DNA of 64,000 nt from an uncultured Chloroflexia bacterium (GTDB taxonomy: Bacteria; Chloroflexota; Anaerolineae; Anaerolineales; DRKV01): assembly GCA_963824065.1 (NCBI GenBank), contig CAWGNX010000001.1, forward strand, positions 435,825-499,824. The letters run 5' to 3'. The position numbers were made by a program, and so were the translations under genes. The notes under the pieces are model-generated. The model worked only from the letters and a program-made list of their open reading frames with translations. It was not told the DNA's origin and ran no database searches. How positions within the stretch are numbered: position 1 is the stretch's first letter; each line of letters starts with the position of its first letter. Of this stretch, positions 48,707 through 57,914 are shown piece after piece.

Positions 48707-50170
48707 ATGTCTGTTTCTCCATTTATCTTACCGCAACTCTCCCAGCGTGGGTCCCCCCGACACAGGTTCGCTATCGGTGTTGTTCTCCTGCTGCTTCTAA
48801 TGGCTGGCTGTAGTGAAATCACACCGTCACCCGTAGAAACCGGAGCTCCACCAACCGGACAAACGCCCCTTGCACGCACCACGCCCACCCCTGCCCTCCG
48901 CACGCCGGCGCGTACCCCAACCGCTGTCGTCACCTCAGCGCTGGGTCTTGAGGCCCAGGATCTGGATGGCGTGCGCCTCGAATTTTGGCACTTTTTCCCA
49001 GAAGAGCAGGTTGCGCCACTGCTGCGGGCCTTCAACCAGGACAACCCCTGGAACATTATTGTTACCGGTAGGCGCTTCGGCAGTCCGGTAGAGCTGGAAG
49101 AGGCACTCTCTCAGGACGGTACCGCGCCAGTAGTTGTGGGTTATACCGAGCAGCTGCTGGCCTGGGACGAGTCCGGCCTGCTGGTTGACCTTGCTCCGTA
49201 CGTGTCTGACTCCGAGTGGGGTCTTGCACCGGCTGATCAGCAAGATTTTATACCGGTCTTTTGGGAACAGGACCAATCCGGCAGCCGGCGGATCGGGTTG
49301 CCTGCCCGCCGGACTGCTCGTTTCCTGATTTATAACGAAACCTGGGCCGATGAACTCGGCTATTCCCGCCCGCCTGAGACGCCTGACCGTTTCCGATCTC
49401 AGGCCTGCGCCGCGAACGCAGCCATGAAAACCGACAACAGCTTCCAGAACGATGGGCATGGCGGCTGGCTGATCAACACCGAGCCGCCAACCATGCTTGG
49501 CTGGTTGGGTAGTTTTGGCAGCCAGCCCGTTCGCCCGGGTGGGAAGGCCTACCGCTTTAACACTGCCCAGTCTGAGGCAGCCTTCAGCTTCCTGAAGGCG
49601 CTTGTTGATGGTACCTGTGCCTGGGAAAGCCAGGCTCCTTATCCAGACGAGGTGTTTGCCACCCGCCAAACCATACTCGCCAGTGCCAGCCTGGTAGATC
49701 TGCCATTTATCACCGAGGCCATGCAGGCAATTGGCAGCCGCGACCACTGGTCCGTTCTCCCTTTCCCCGCTGAGACCGGCGACCCTCTGCTGCCCGTTTC
49801 TGGCCCATCCCTTGCGCTCCAGTCTGGCAAACCAGCCACCCAGCTGGCTGGCTGGTTGTTTATCCGCTGGCTCACCACCCCTGAAACCCAGGCCTTTTGG
49901 ACCCGGCTGGATGGCAGCTTTCCAGTGCGGTCGGCTGCTCGTCCACTGCTGGATGATTATGCTGCCAGCCGGGCACAGTGGGCAACAGCCTGGGACTTAC
50001 TGCCTCTGGCGATCACAGAACCTCATCTGGCAAGTTGGGGGGAGGTGCAGTGGGCGTTGCAGGATGCCGGCACCCAGCTTTTCCGTTCCTACTTTTTAGC
50101 CGAGCGGATCCCAGCCACGCTGCAGGAACTCGATCGCACAGCTGCCGAGCTCAGCCGCCAGGAGCCCTGA
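48707..50170 (+). CDS. Extracellular solute-binding lipoprotein (SBP family 1-like) with no adjacent permease or ATPase
   Basis: A lipobox LLLMAGCSE is present, with an SBP_bac_1-like fold signature along the length. Confidence 0.75.
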   Translation: MSVSPFILPQLSQRGSPRHRFAIGVVLLLLLMAGCSEITPSPVETGAPPTGQTPLARTTPTPALRTPARTPTAVVTSALGLEAQDLDGVRLEFWHFFPEEQVAPLLRAFNQDNPWNIIVTGRRFGSPVELEEALSQDGTAPVVVGYTEQLLAWDESGLLVDLAPYVSDSEWGLAPADQQDFIPVFWEQDQSGSRRIGLPARRTARFLIYNETWADELGYSRPPETPDRFRSQACAANAAMKTDNSFQNDGHGGWLINTEPPTMLGWLGSFGSQPVRPGGKAYRFNTAQSEAAFSFLKALVDGTCAWESQAPYPDEVFATRQTILASASLVDLPFITEAMQAIGSRDHWSVLPFPAETGDPLLPVSGPSLALQSGKPATQLAGWLFIRWLTTPETQAFWTRLDGSFPVRSAARPLLDDYAASRAQWATAWDLLPLAITEPHLASWGEVQWALQDAGTQLFRSYFLAERIPATLQELDRTAAELSRQEP

Positions 50171-50611
50171 ATGAAAAGTGACCTGCCCCAGGTGAGAATC
50201 TTTACTGACGGCGCCTGCCTGGGCAATCCTGGTCCGGGAGGTTGGGCTGCCTTGTTGCAGTACGGCAGCCACGAAAAAGTATTAACCGGGCACGCAGAAC
50301 AAACGACCAACAACCGCATGGAGTTGATGGCAGCCTTGAAAGCCCTGGAAAGCCTGACGCGACCGTGCCAGGTCGATATCTACACCGATTCGGAGTACGT
50401 GCGGCGGGGCATTACGGAATGGCTGCCCACCTGGCGGGCCCACGGCTGGAAACGCAAAGGCGGTGCCCTGGCAAACGTGGAATTATGGCAGGGTCTGGAT
50501 CTGGCGACCCGCTCCCATCAGGTCCGCTGGAATTGGGTGCGTGGTCATGCGGGCCATCCCGAAAATGAGCGCGTCGACCGCCTGGCTCGCCGGGCGGCTG
50601 GAGAAAGCTGA
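50171..50611 (+). CDS. rnhA: Ribonuclease HI
   Basis: [20 protein letters not shown]...[16 protein letters not shown]...IYTDSEYV is typical of RNase HI. The ATG immediately follows the upstream TGA. Confidence 0.9.
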   Translation: MKSDLPQVRIFTDGACLGNPGPGGWAALLQYGSHEKVLTGHAEQTTNNRMELMAALKALESLTRPCQVDIYTDSEYVRRGITEWLPTWRAHGWKRKGGALANVELWQGLDLATRSHQVRWNWVRGHAGHPENERVDRLARRAAGES

Positions 50612-50612
50612 C

Positions 50613-51354
50613 TTGCTGCCACGCCTTGCGCTCCCTGGTCGGCCCAAACCATATATCATGGCCCATCGCGGCAACCAGATCCACTGCCCGGAAAACACCC
50701 TGGCTGCCTTCCAGCGCGCCTTTGCCGAAATCAGCCGATATTCTCGAAACCGACCTGCGCCGGTCAGCCGATGGCATCTTCGTCTGCATCCACGATGAAA
50801 CGGTGGACCGAACGACGGATGGGTCCGGCCGGGTAGCCGATAAAACCCTGGCTGAACTCAAAACGCTGTCTGCCGGGCCTGGGCACCCAGAATTCAGCAC
50901 ACAGCGAATTCCTACCCTGACAGAGTTGGCGGGCATCCTGCCAGACGCTACTTACCTGGCACTGGAATTGAAAAGCGATGATTTTTTACAGTCTGCGGTC
51001 TGCCGCTCCCTGGCAACTGAGCTAGCAGTACTGGGCCTTGCCGAACGCACCGTTTTCCTCTCGTTTTCCATGCCGCGCCTACGCGCCATGCAGGCTTCCG
51101 CACCGGGCGCCCTGCTGGGCTGGATTACCATCAAAGGGCTGCTGCCTGCTCGCGGGGTGCACATGGCTGGCCCTTATTGGCCGCTCCTCCTGGCAAACCC
51201 GTTTTACGTGCTGTTGGCTCACCTGCGCAGGCAGGTGGTCTGCCCACTGGACCCTGCCCCCGAGCCGCGCCTGGGGCTTTACCGCCGCCTGGGATGTGAT
51301 GCCGTCCTGACTGATGACCCTGGTAAGACGCGCCGCGCCCTTGCGGCGCTCTGA
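50613..51354 (+). pseudogene. Glycerophosphodiester phosphodiesterase (GDPD), split by a 1-nt insertion as read (probably sequence error)
   Basis: The phase of ORF 50463..50798 reads ...PYIMAHRGNQIHCPENTLAAFQRAFAE. The phase of ORF 50626..51354 continues with SADILETDLRRSADGIFVCIHDETVDRTTDG. The junction is at GAAA (50727-50731). Confidence 0.8.
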
Positions 51355-51453
51355 TGTTTACAGCCGCACCGCACTGGGTTGCCCGGCAGGTGCCACAGGG
51401 GCAACCTGTCTGTACTGGCTGGGCTATCCCTCATTTTTCCGGGAGCTCCGACT

Positions 51454-52677
51454 TTAACGCCCGGCTGCCGGCTCGGCCTTCCCCAACGGCAGACCGCAGT
51501 ACTGGCAAAAACTGGCATCCGCCTGGTTCAACCTGCCGCAGTTGGAGCAAGCCTGCCCTGCTCGGTCGGTGGCAACTGCGCTGCCCGACTTGGGCGGCAG
51601 CGCAGGCTGCTGCCGGCGGCCAAACAATCCCCTTCTTGGTTTTTTAGGGGCGGTCTCACCCCCCTGGCTGGACTCCTGCAGCTTGCGCATGCCAAACCGC
51701 CGCGCAAATAATTTCGCCGCATATAACCGCCCGGTTTCGAGGGCCTGTCGGTACACCCCTTGTATTTTCCCCGCGGATATATGGCGACCTGTCAGGTACC
51801 ACTGGTAGACCACCTGCCCCACGGTGTATGTCCCGGCATAGCTGATAGCGACTTTTGGCAGGATGCCAAAGGCCGGAATAAATCCTACCAGCATGCGAGC
51901 AAGCTGCCGCCATAAAAACCCACCTCCCAAAATACCTCCAAACTCTTTCAGGTAGGACTGCCATTCAACCGGCAGGCCGAGCGCCAAGCCCAACCGATAT
52001 ACCAGGAATGCCTGAGCTTTCGTCAGGATGATCATATCGGTCACATTCAAAGGAATATTCAGCACAGGAATGATCTCTGCCAGGCCGGTTGTCAGCGAAT
52101 AAGCCGCATTTGAGGTTGCTGTATCGTTAATTAACCGCCTGACAACCTCGCCGCGAAACAATGGGTAGTTGCGGGCCAGCGCCAGCTGCTTGTCTGGCAA
52201 CAATGCCAGGACTGCAGGGACAAATGTTTGCCGCAGAAACTCACTATCCTGCACGTTTCCATAGAGAATGCGCATCATCTTTCGGCCCGCTGTGGGAACG
52301 ACAGCGTGGGCTGTGCCATCTCCCGGAGGGGAGCCCTGAACGATCACGCACGCACGCCATCCAGCGGTCCGCCAGATACGCATGGTGTCAGCTGTGTACA
52401 GCTTGCGCATCTCGTCGGCATCCAGCATCAAAATCACAAGATCGACTGGCTCGCTCGGATCGAACTGATCTAGAGGCGTCACATAGACTGGTGCTTCGGT
52501 TTGTTGGGTGGGATGGTCAGAGTCGCGCCTCAGGATATCTACCAGCTGCAGGGCCGCCCCGGAATCCTGCGCAACCACTGCGAGCTCCAGGCTGCGGACA
52601 GCTTCGTCCCGGATTGGGCGAATATCAACTTCGCCGATCAGGCTTAATAAATTGCGCAAGTCACCTAAGCCGGCCAA
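51454..52677 (-). CDS. Hypothetical protein: N-terminal alpha/beta region, DUF697-like membrane-hairpin region, C-terminal zinc ribbon
   Basis: The middle part (IIPVLNIPLNVTDMIILTKAQAFLVYRLGLALG...GFIPAFGILPKVAISYAGTY) resembles DUF697/YcjF-type proteins. The C-terminus reads CSNCGRLNQADASFCQYCG. Confidence 0.6.
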   Translation of the reverse strand: MAGLGDLRNLLSLIGEVDIRPIRDEAVRSLELAVVAQDSGAALQLVDILRRDSDHPTQQTEAPVYVTPLDQFDPSEPVDLVILMLDADEMRKLYTADTMRIWRTAGWRACVIVQGSPPGDGTAHAVVPTAGRKMMRILYGNVQDSEFLRQTFVPAVLALLPDKQLALARNYPLFRGEVVRRLINDTATSNAAYSLTTGLAEIIPVLNIPLNVTDMIILTKAQAFLVYRLGLALGLPVEWQSYLKEFGGILGGGFLWRQLARMLVGFIPAFGILPKVAISYAGTYTVGQVVYQWYLTGRHISAGKIQGVYRQALETGRLYAAKLFARRFGMRKLQESSQGGETAPKKPRRGLFGRRQQPALPPKSGSAVATDRAGQACSNCGRLNQADASFCQYCGLPLGKAEPAAGR

Positions 52678-52989
52678 TCATACCTCCTGTCAACGGCTTT
52701 TCAAGCCAGTTTCCGATTATACCTCTCGCTTAAAATGCAGCCTTGAATCTACGGGGCAGCCCGGACGATCCGGATGGCCTTTCGGAAGCTGCTGTTTTCA
52801 TCGGGTGACATTTTCACGTTACCCTTACCCGGTAAATATATTATTTTACACCGACAGCCCCTCTACCAGACCTTGAGGCCTGTGAGGCAACCTGCTATAC
52901 TTGCCATTCGGCATTCTGGCACGTTTATCCTGCCCGTTTTGCAGGGACTCCGCTGGCAGATGCCAGCGATTAGAAAAGGAGTTTTCGCA

Positions 52990-55281
52990 GTGAAACCACG
53001 CCTATTTGGGACCCGCTCCAGCTTTGCTGGGGTATGGTTCTCCCTTCTTATTTTGGCTGCGCTGCTTGTTTCAGCTTTTCCGGCAGCCGCCGCATCCGGT
53101 ACACCGCAGGCACCAGACACAACTGGCCTGAGCTGGTTGACCGAAACCGTGGATACCGCCGAGCGCTATGAAAATATGTCCAGCCGGAGCGCCAGCCTGG
53201 ACTCGAACGGGAATGCCGGGGTTGCCTTCGGCGGCCAGAAGCTGTACCTGGGTCGCCAGTCCGGCAGCAGTTGGACAGTCTCCGTCGTCGATGCCAGTTT
53301 TGGCGTCGGCGCTTTTGCCTCGCTCGATTTTGATGGAAATAATATCCCGCATATCAGCTATTATGATTCGGTCAACGGTCAGCTCAAATACGCCGCTTAC
53401 CTGAACAACGCCTGGTCAGTTCAAACCGTCACCGCAGCCGGCAATGCAGGTGCGAACGTTGGCCTGTACACATCGATTGCTGTGGACAGCAGCAATCGCC
53501 CTCACATCAGTTACTACGATGCCACCTTTCAGGAGTTGGCCTATATCTACAAAGATTCGAACAACAACTGGATCAAAAACGTTGTGAATACTGTCGGCGC
53601 GGTCGGGAAATACACATCGCTCGCTCTTGACCGCAATGACCGGCCCTACATCAGTTATTACAACGAAGGCGATGACGCATTAATGTACGCCTACATCAAT
53701 AATAACCAATGGGTCAATGTTTTCGTGGATTCTCGCCAGCCGGGCGACCCGCCTGAATTACGCGGTGTGGGGCTGTATTCCTCAATTGCAGTCGATGTGC
53801 GCAATACCGTCCATATCAGCTATTACAATGCCATCACGGGCGATCTGCTCTACGCCAACGGAACGGGCAGCACTTTCAACAACGACACTGTCCTGCACAT
53901 CAACGGTACCAAGGTTGGCTTGTTTACTTCAATTGCCCTGGATAATAACCGCAACCCGCGCATCAGCGCGTTTGTAGAAACGAATGATGACCTGATCTAT
54001 TCCGAGCTGACGGAAGATGGCTGGAAAACAAGCTGGGTTGAGACCGAGGGGCGCGTTGGTTTGTTCACCTCCCTGGTGCTGAATCCGGTCAACAATCGCC
54101 CTACAATCAGTTATTATGACTTTGGCAATAATTCCATGAGGGCTGCTCGCAGGGGCAGTACCAGTTGGGATTTCTGGACCCTGGCGACCGCCGGCTCGAC
54201 GGGCGCTTATACCTCCCTGGCTCTGGATGCCGGGGACAACGCCCACATCGCCTATTACGACGAAAGCGGCACCGCACTGCGTTACGCCCGCTGGACGGGC
54301 AGCGCATGGGAACGTTGGGAGCTGGATCCACAAGGGATCGCAGGCTTATATGCTACCCTGGCATTGGACAGCAATGATTACCCCCAAATTGCTTACTACG
54401 ATGGTGCGGTCAATGAACTGCGCTACATCCGCTGGACCGGTACGACCTGGTCGGGGATTCAGGTAGTGGATACCACCGGTGATGTCGGCAAGTATGCCTC
54501 CATCGCAGTCGATGGCAGCAATAATCCCCATATCAGCTACCTGGATAACACCAATCATGTTCTCAAGTACGCTTATTGGAACGGCAGCGCCTGGACAACG
54601 CAGGTGATCGATAATGCCGGGGATGTGGGCTATTACACCTCGCTTGCGCTCGATAGCAGCGGCGCCCCCCATATCGCCTACTTTGACGAAACCAATGACC
54701 GCCTGAAATACGCCTACTATGTTCCAGGCACCGGGCGCTGGGAGTACGAGATCGTCGATGGTCTCGGCAGCATGGGCACCTATGCCTCCCTGGTGATCGA
54801 TCATGCCGGTGTTTCCCAAGTCAGCTACTACGACTTTACCCCCAGCCTGACAGCCGGACGCCTTAAATATGCTGTTCGCACAGGCACGGGCTGGAGCGCA
54901 GTTGTCGTGGATGGTGAGCCAGACCCCGTACTGGCAGCCAGTGCCCCCAGAGAGACAGATTATCCGGATATCATCGATGCAATTAATATAAAGGATGGTG
55001 TGGGCCTGTTTACATCGATCGCGGTGGACAGTGCCAACCAGCCTTATATCAGCTACTACGATGCCGAAAACGGGATTTTAAAGTACGCCTTCCTCTCACC
55101 TGCAGGTTGGCAGAACCGGCCGGTTTATACGTCGTGGAATTCGGGTCTGTTCACCTCGATCGCAGTTGGCAGCGACAACCTGCCTCGCATCAGCTTCCAG
55201 GATGCCACGGAGCGACAGTTGAAATATACCCGCTCTGCCCAACTGGATTACCAGTATTTCATGCCCTTTACAGCCAAGTAG
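52990..55281 (+). CDS. Secreted protein of 14 tandem ~45-aa repeats (probable double beta-propeller)
   Basis: GTG 52990 lies 8 nt after AAGGAG; ATG 52960 is an alternative start. The N-terminus is signal-peptide-like. The repeat core G-x-[YF]-[TA]-S-[IL]-A-[LV]-D...P-H-I-[SA]-Y-Y-D-x5-L-[KR]-Y-A recurs 14 times. Confidence 0.75.
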   Translation: MKPRLFGTRSSFAGVWFSLLILAALLVSAFPAAAASGTPQAPDTTGLSWLTETVDTAERYENMSSRSASLDSNGNAGVAFGGQKLYLGRQSGSSWTVSVVDASFGVGAFASLDFDGNNIPHISYYDSVNGQLKYAAYLNNAWSVQTVTAAGNAGANVGLYTSIAVDSSNRPHISYYDATFQELAYIYKDSNNNWIKNVVNTVGAVGKYTSLALDRNDRPYISYYNEGDDALMYAYINNNQWVNVFVDSRQPGDPPELRGVGLYSSIAVDVRNTVHISYYNAITGDLLYANGTGSTFNNDTVLHINGTKVGLFTSIALDNNRNPRISAFVETNDDLIYSELTEDGWKTSWVETEGRVGLFTSLVLNPVNNRPTISYYDFGNNSMRAARRGSTSWDFWTLATAGSTGAYTSLALDAGDNAHIAYYDESGTALRYARWTGSAWERWELDPQGIAGLYATLALDSNDYPQIAYYDGAVNELRYIRWTGTTWSGIQVVDTTGDVGKYASIAVDGSNNPHISYLDNTNHVLKYAYWNGSAWTTQVIDNAGDVGYYTSLALDSSGAPHIAYFDETNDRLKYAYYVPGTGRWEYEIVDGLGSMGTYASLVIDHAGVSQVSYYDFTPSLTAGRLKYAVRTGTGWSAVVVDGEPDPVLAASAPRETDYPDIIDAINIKDGVGLFTSIAVDSANQPYISYYDAENGILKYAFLSPAGWQNRPVYTSWNSGLFTSIAVGSDNLPRISFQDATERQLKYTRSAQLDYQYFMPFTAK

Positions 55282-55301
55282 ACCGCTGGCTGGTCAATAA
55301 C

Positions 55302-55337
55302 AAAGAGACTGCCCTGGATGGCAGTCTCTTTGTTTTC
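55302..55337. terminator. Intrinsic terminator between convergent genes
   Basis: A 12-bp perfect stem AAAGAGACTGCC / GGCAGTCTCTTT with a 6-nt loop is followed by GTTTTC. Confidence 0.7.
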
Positions 55338-55386
55338 ACTCATATCCTTCTGGCGCCTGAAGACGCACCAACCCCACTCCCCTGGG

Positions 55387-56181
55387 TCACTCACGGGTGG
55401 CTTTGCGGGTGTCCTGGACCCGTAAATCATCCGTATCCTCTGGCAGCAGGGCTTCTGGATCATTTTCCAACAGCTGGGTGACAATGCCAAGCAATTCTTC
55501 CAGCGGGAGGGCCTGGATGCGCGCATTGCCTATGGTGACGCGCCGGGTAATGCGCTCCAGGTGCGGCTCAACGGCCTGAAATCCGAGGGAGGTCCCCGGA
55601 AAGCCAGGGCATTCCACAACCCCCTGCTGGGTCAGCGCCCAACGGATAAATTGTTTGCGCCCGGCGAGTTTTTCGGCATAGTGCAGGCTTGTATTCGTCG
55701 TGTGATCGACTCCAACCATCAACACCCAGGCGCCCTGCTCCTCCAGGACTGCCAGCGGCGCCAGTGGCTCAGCCATCGTTTGCGCTGCCAGGGCCTGGTC
55801 CACATTCACCCCTGTAAAAGACAGGATCGGGTGCATTGAACGGCGGGCGCGCGGGTGCTTGCGCAGTGATTCTGCCACCCGCCCGATCAGCGGGTCAACC
55901 GGCATATCCGGATGATAGAACTCTGCCATTAAATTGCGGTCGTTATCCCCGCCGTAGACAATGCCGTTATCCGGGGGACCAACCTCCGGGGTGACCATCG
56001 TCTTGTAAGTAAATGCTGGCATCATCAGGCCGCTGGTGGTTGCCAGCACCGCTCCCAGAAGAGTCTCGGCGCCACCCGTAACTTGGCCAAATGAAGATAA
56101 TGAGGCATGCATGATGACTGGACGATCGCGGTCCAGTTCCAGGTAATTTAAGGTTACTGAAAGTTGGCGATAGGTGATCAT
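55387..56181 (-). CDS. AAC(3)-family (aminoglycoside 3-N-acetyltransferase-like) protein
   Basis: VIMHASLSSFGQVTGGAETLLGAVL...MPAFTY...NTSLHYAE is typical of the Antibiotic_NAT family. The start is set at MITYRQL (56181). Confidence 0.75.
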   Translation of the reverse strand: MITYRQLSVTLNYLELDRDRPVIMHASLSSFGQVTGGAETLLGAVLATTSGLMMPAFTYKTMVTPEVGPPDNGIVYGGDNDRNLMAEFYHPDMPVDPLIGRVAESLRKHPRARRSMHPILSFTGVNVDQALAAQTMAEPLAPLAVLEEQGAWVLMVGVDHTTNTSLHYAEKLAGRKQFIRWALTQQGVVECPGFPGTSLGFQAVEPHLERITRRVTIGNARIQALPLEELLGIVTQLLENDPEALLPEDTDDLRVQDTRKATRE

Positions 56182-56267
56182 TGTTTTTGTGGCGCGCTCC
56201 GTGTTTGTGGGAATTCTCCCCTTGCCAGCCAGGCGGCCTGTTCCCACAAACCGCCGCTATACTTATT

Positions 56268-57044
56268 CTACACGCCCTTCCAATTTGCTGCACGCTTTTC
56301 TATAAAAGCCTGCATACCCTCTTTTTGATCCTGGCTGGAGAACAGTCCATAAAAGGCGCGCCGCTCATCTCTTAAGCCATCGATCAGGAAAGAGTCACCG
56401 GCCTGATTGACCATCTCTTTACCCAGGCGCACCGCCAGGGGCGCACGAGCGGCGATTTCTGCTGCCAGCTGCAGAGCTTCTTCCAGGTATCGCTCGACCG
56501 GCACTACCCGATTCACAAGGCCAAACTGCAGCGCTTCCTGGGCTGTCAGCATGCGGTTATTGAGCACCATTTCCATCGTAAGCGCTTTCCCCAATGCACG
56601 TGCCAGCCGTTGGGTGCCGCCCGCACCCGGGATGACACCCAGGTTGATCTCGGGCTGGCCAAACCGGGCAGTTTCAGAAGCAACAATCATGTCACAAGAC
56701 ATCGCCAGCTCGTTTCCACCGCCCAGGCACCAGCCAGAAACCGCCGCGATCACCGGTTTATGAATGCTCTGGATGCGATCAAAGGGTGCGATTGGATCTC
56801 GCACCAGCATTTCCACGGCAGATGCTGCAATCATTTCTTTGATATCTGCCCCGGCAGCAAACGCCTGCTCATTGCCGGTGATTACCATGGCACCGATCTC
56901 AATATCGCGATCAAATTCCGCCAGGGTATCCATCAACTCAACCATTAATGTATGGTTGAGCGCGTTTAAGGCTTTTGGTCGGTTAAGGAAAACCAGGCCT
57001 ACCTTTCCACGCCGTTCGTTCAAAATCGATGTCAGTTCTGCCAT
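56268..57044 (-). CDS. Enoyl-CoA hydratase (crotonase family)
   Basis: LNRPKALNAL...FAAGADIKEM...GGGNELAMSCD. Confidence 0.9.
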   Translation of the reverse strand: MAELTSILNERRGKVGLVFLNRPKALNALNHTLMVELMDTLAEFDRDIEIGAMVITGNEQAFAAGADIKEMIAASAVEMLVRDPIAPFDRIQSIHKPVIAAVSGWCLGGGNELAMSCDMIVASETARFGQPEINLGVIPGAGGTQRLARALGKALTMEMVLNNRMLTAQEALQFGLVNRVVPVERYLEEALQLAAEIAARAPLAVRLGKEMVNQAGDSFLIDGLRDERRAFYGLFSSQDQKEGMQAFIEKRAANWKGV

Positions 57045-57119
57045 GCCTGCCCTCCTGCGAGTGTCTTACACCTTTTTATGTTCCGTAAACGATTTCAATT
57101 CCTTACTGGCTTTCATTCG

Positions 57120-57902
57120 CTACCGCCCGCCTTCCAGCTCACCCTGCGGACTAACCTGCCAGACCTGCCCGTTCCTGGCCTCGCTGTCTGCCCCTGCCAG
57201 CCAGAGGGCCGCGCTGGCTGCGGTTTCCAGCGAGGTCAGTTCTCCAGCTACGCGCATTTCTTCCAGCCGGTTGTCTGGCAGCCGCTCCCGAGTAGATTCG
57301 CTGTCCAGCACTCCCATCGCCAGCCCCACCACCCGGATGCCATACGGGGCCAGTTCTGCTCCCGCCTGGCGCACCAACTCAGCCGTACCTGCTTTACTGG
57401 CGCGGTATGCGGCCCGAGCTCCGAATCCCGCCTGGGCAGGTGCCTCCAGGACATGCAGGACTGTCCCGCCGCCCTGCTCGCGCAGCACCCGCCCGCAAAC
57501 CTGGGTCAAAAAAAAGCCCCCGGTCAGGTTGACATCCAGTGTGCGCCGCCAATCCCATTCATCCATATCGAGGATTGGCGCAGCGGGTGCCACTGCCGCG
57601 TTATTGATAACCACATCCAGCCGGCCCCATTCATCGAGCAGGTTGATTAACATGCCCTGAACGGCCATTTTTTGACTGATATCAGCCAGGTAATCGCGCA
57701 CCTCTTCATTGCGGTCCGCGCCCAGCAGCGCCCGCGCCTGGGCCAGGGTAACATCCAGGTTGACGGGCGTCAGGTCATTCGCAGCCACCCGAGCCCCGTG
57801 GCGCGAAAAGGCCAGCACCAGGGCCCGTCCCAGGCCGCGCCCGGCACCGGTGACCAGGACGACTTTTCCGGAATAATCGTTTGGGGCATTTTGCTGTTGC
57901 AT
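57120..57902 (-). CDS. SDR-family oxidoreductase
   Basis: TGAGRGLG cofactor motif and the YRASK catalytic motif. Confidence 0.9.
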   Translation of the reverse strand: MQQQNAPNDYSGKVVLVTGAGRGLGRALVLAFSRHGARVAANDLTPVNLDVTLAQARALLGADRNEEVRDYLADISQKMAVQGMLINLLDEWGRLDVVINNAAVAPAAPILDMDEWDWRRTLDVNLTGGFFLTQVCGRVLREQGGGTVLHVLEAPAQAGFGARAAYRASKAGTAELVRQAGAELAPYGIRVVGLAMGVLDSESTRERLPDNRLEEMRVAGELTSLETAASAALWLAGADSEARNGQVWQVSPQGELEGGR

Positions 57903-57914
57903 CCTGCTCTCGCC

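Noticed and set aside
56764-57660. 298-aa plus-strand ORF, and the 190-aa ORF at 57078..57650
   Set aside because: Both are antisense to the crotonase and SDR genes. They are Ser/Arg/Ala-rich shadows with no domain signature.
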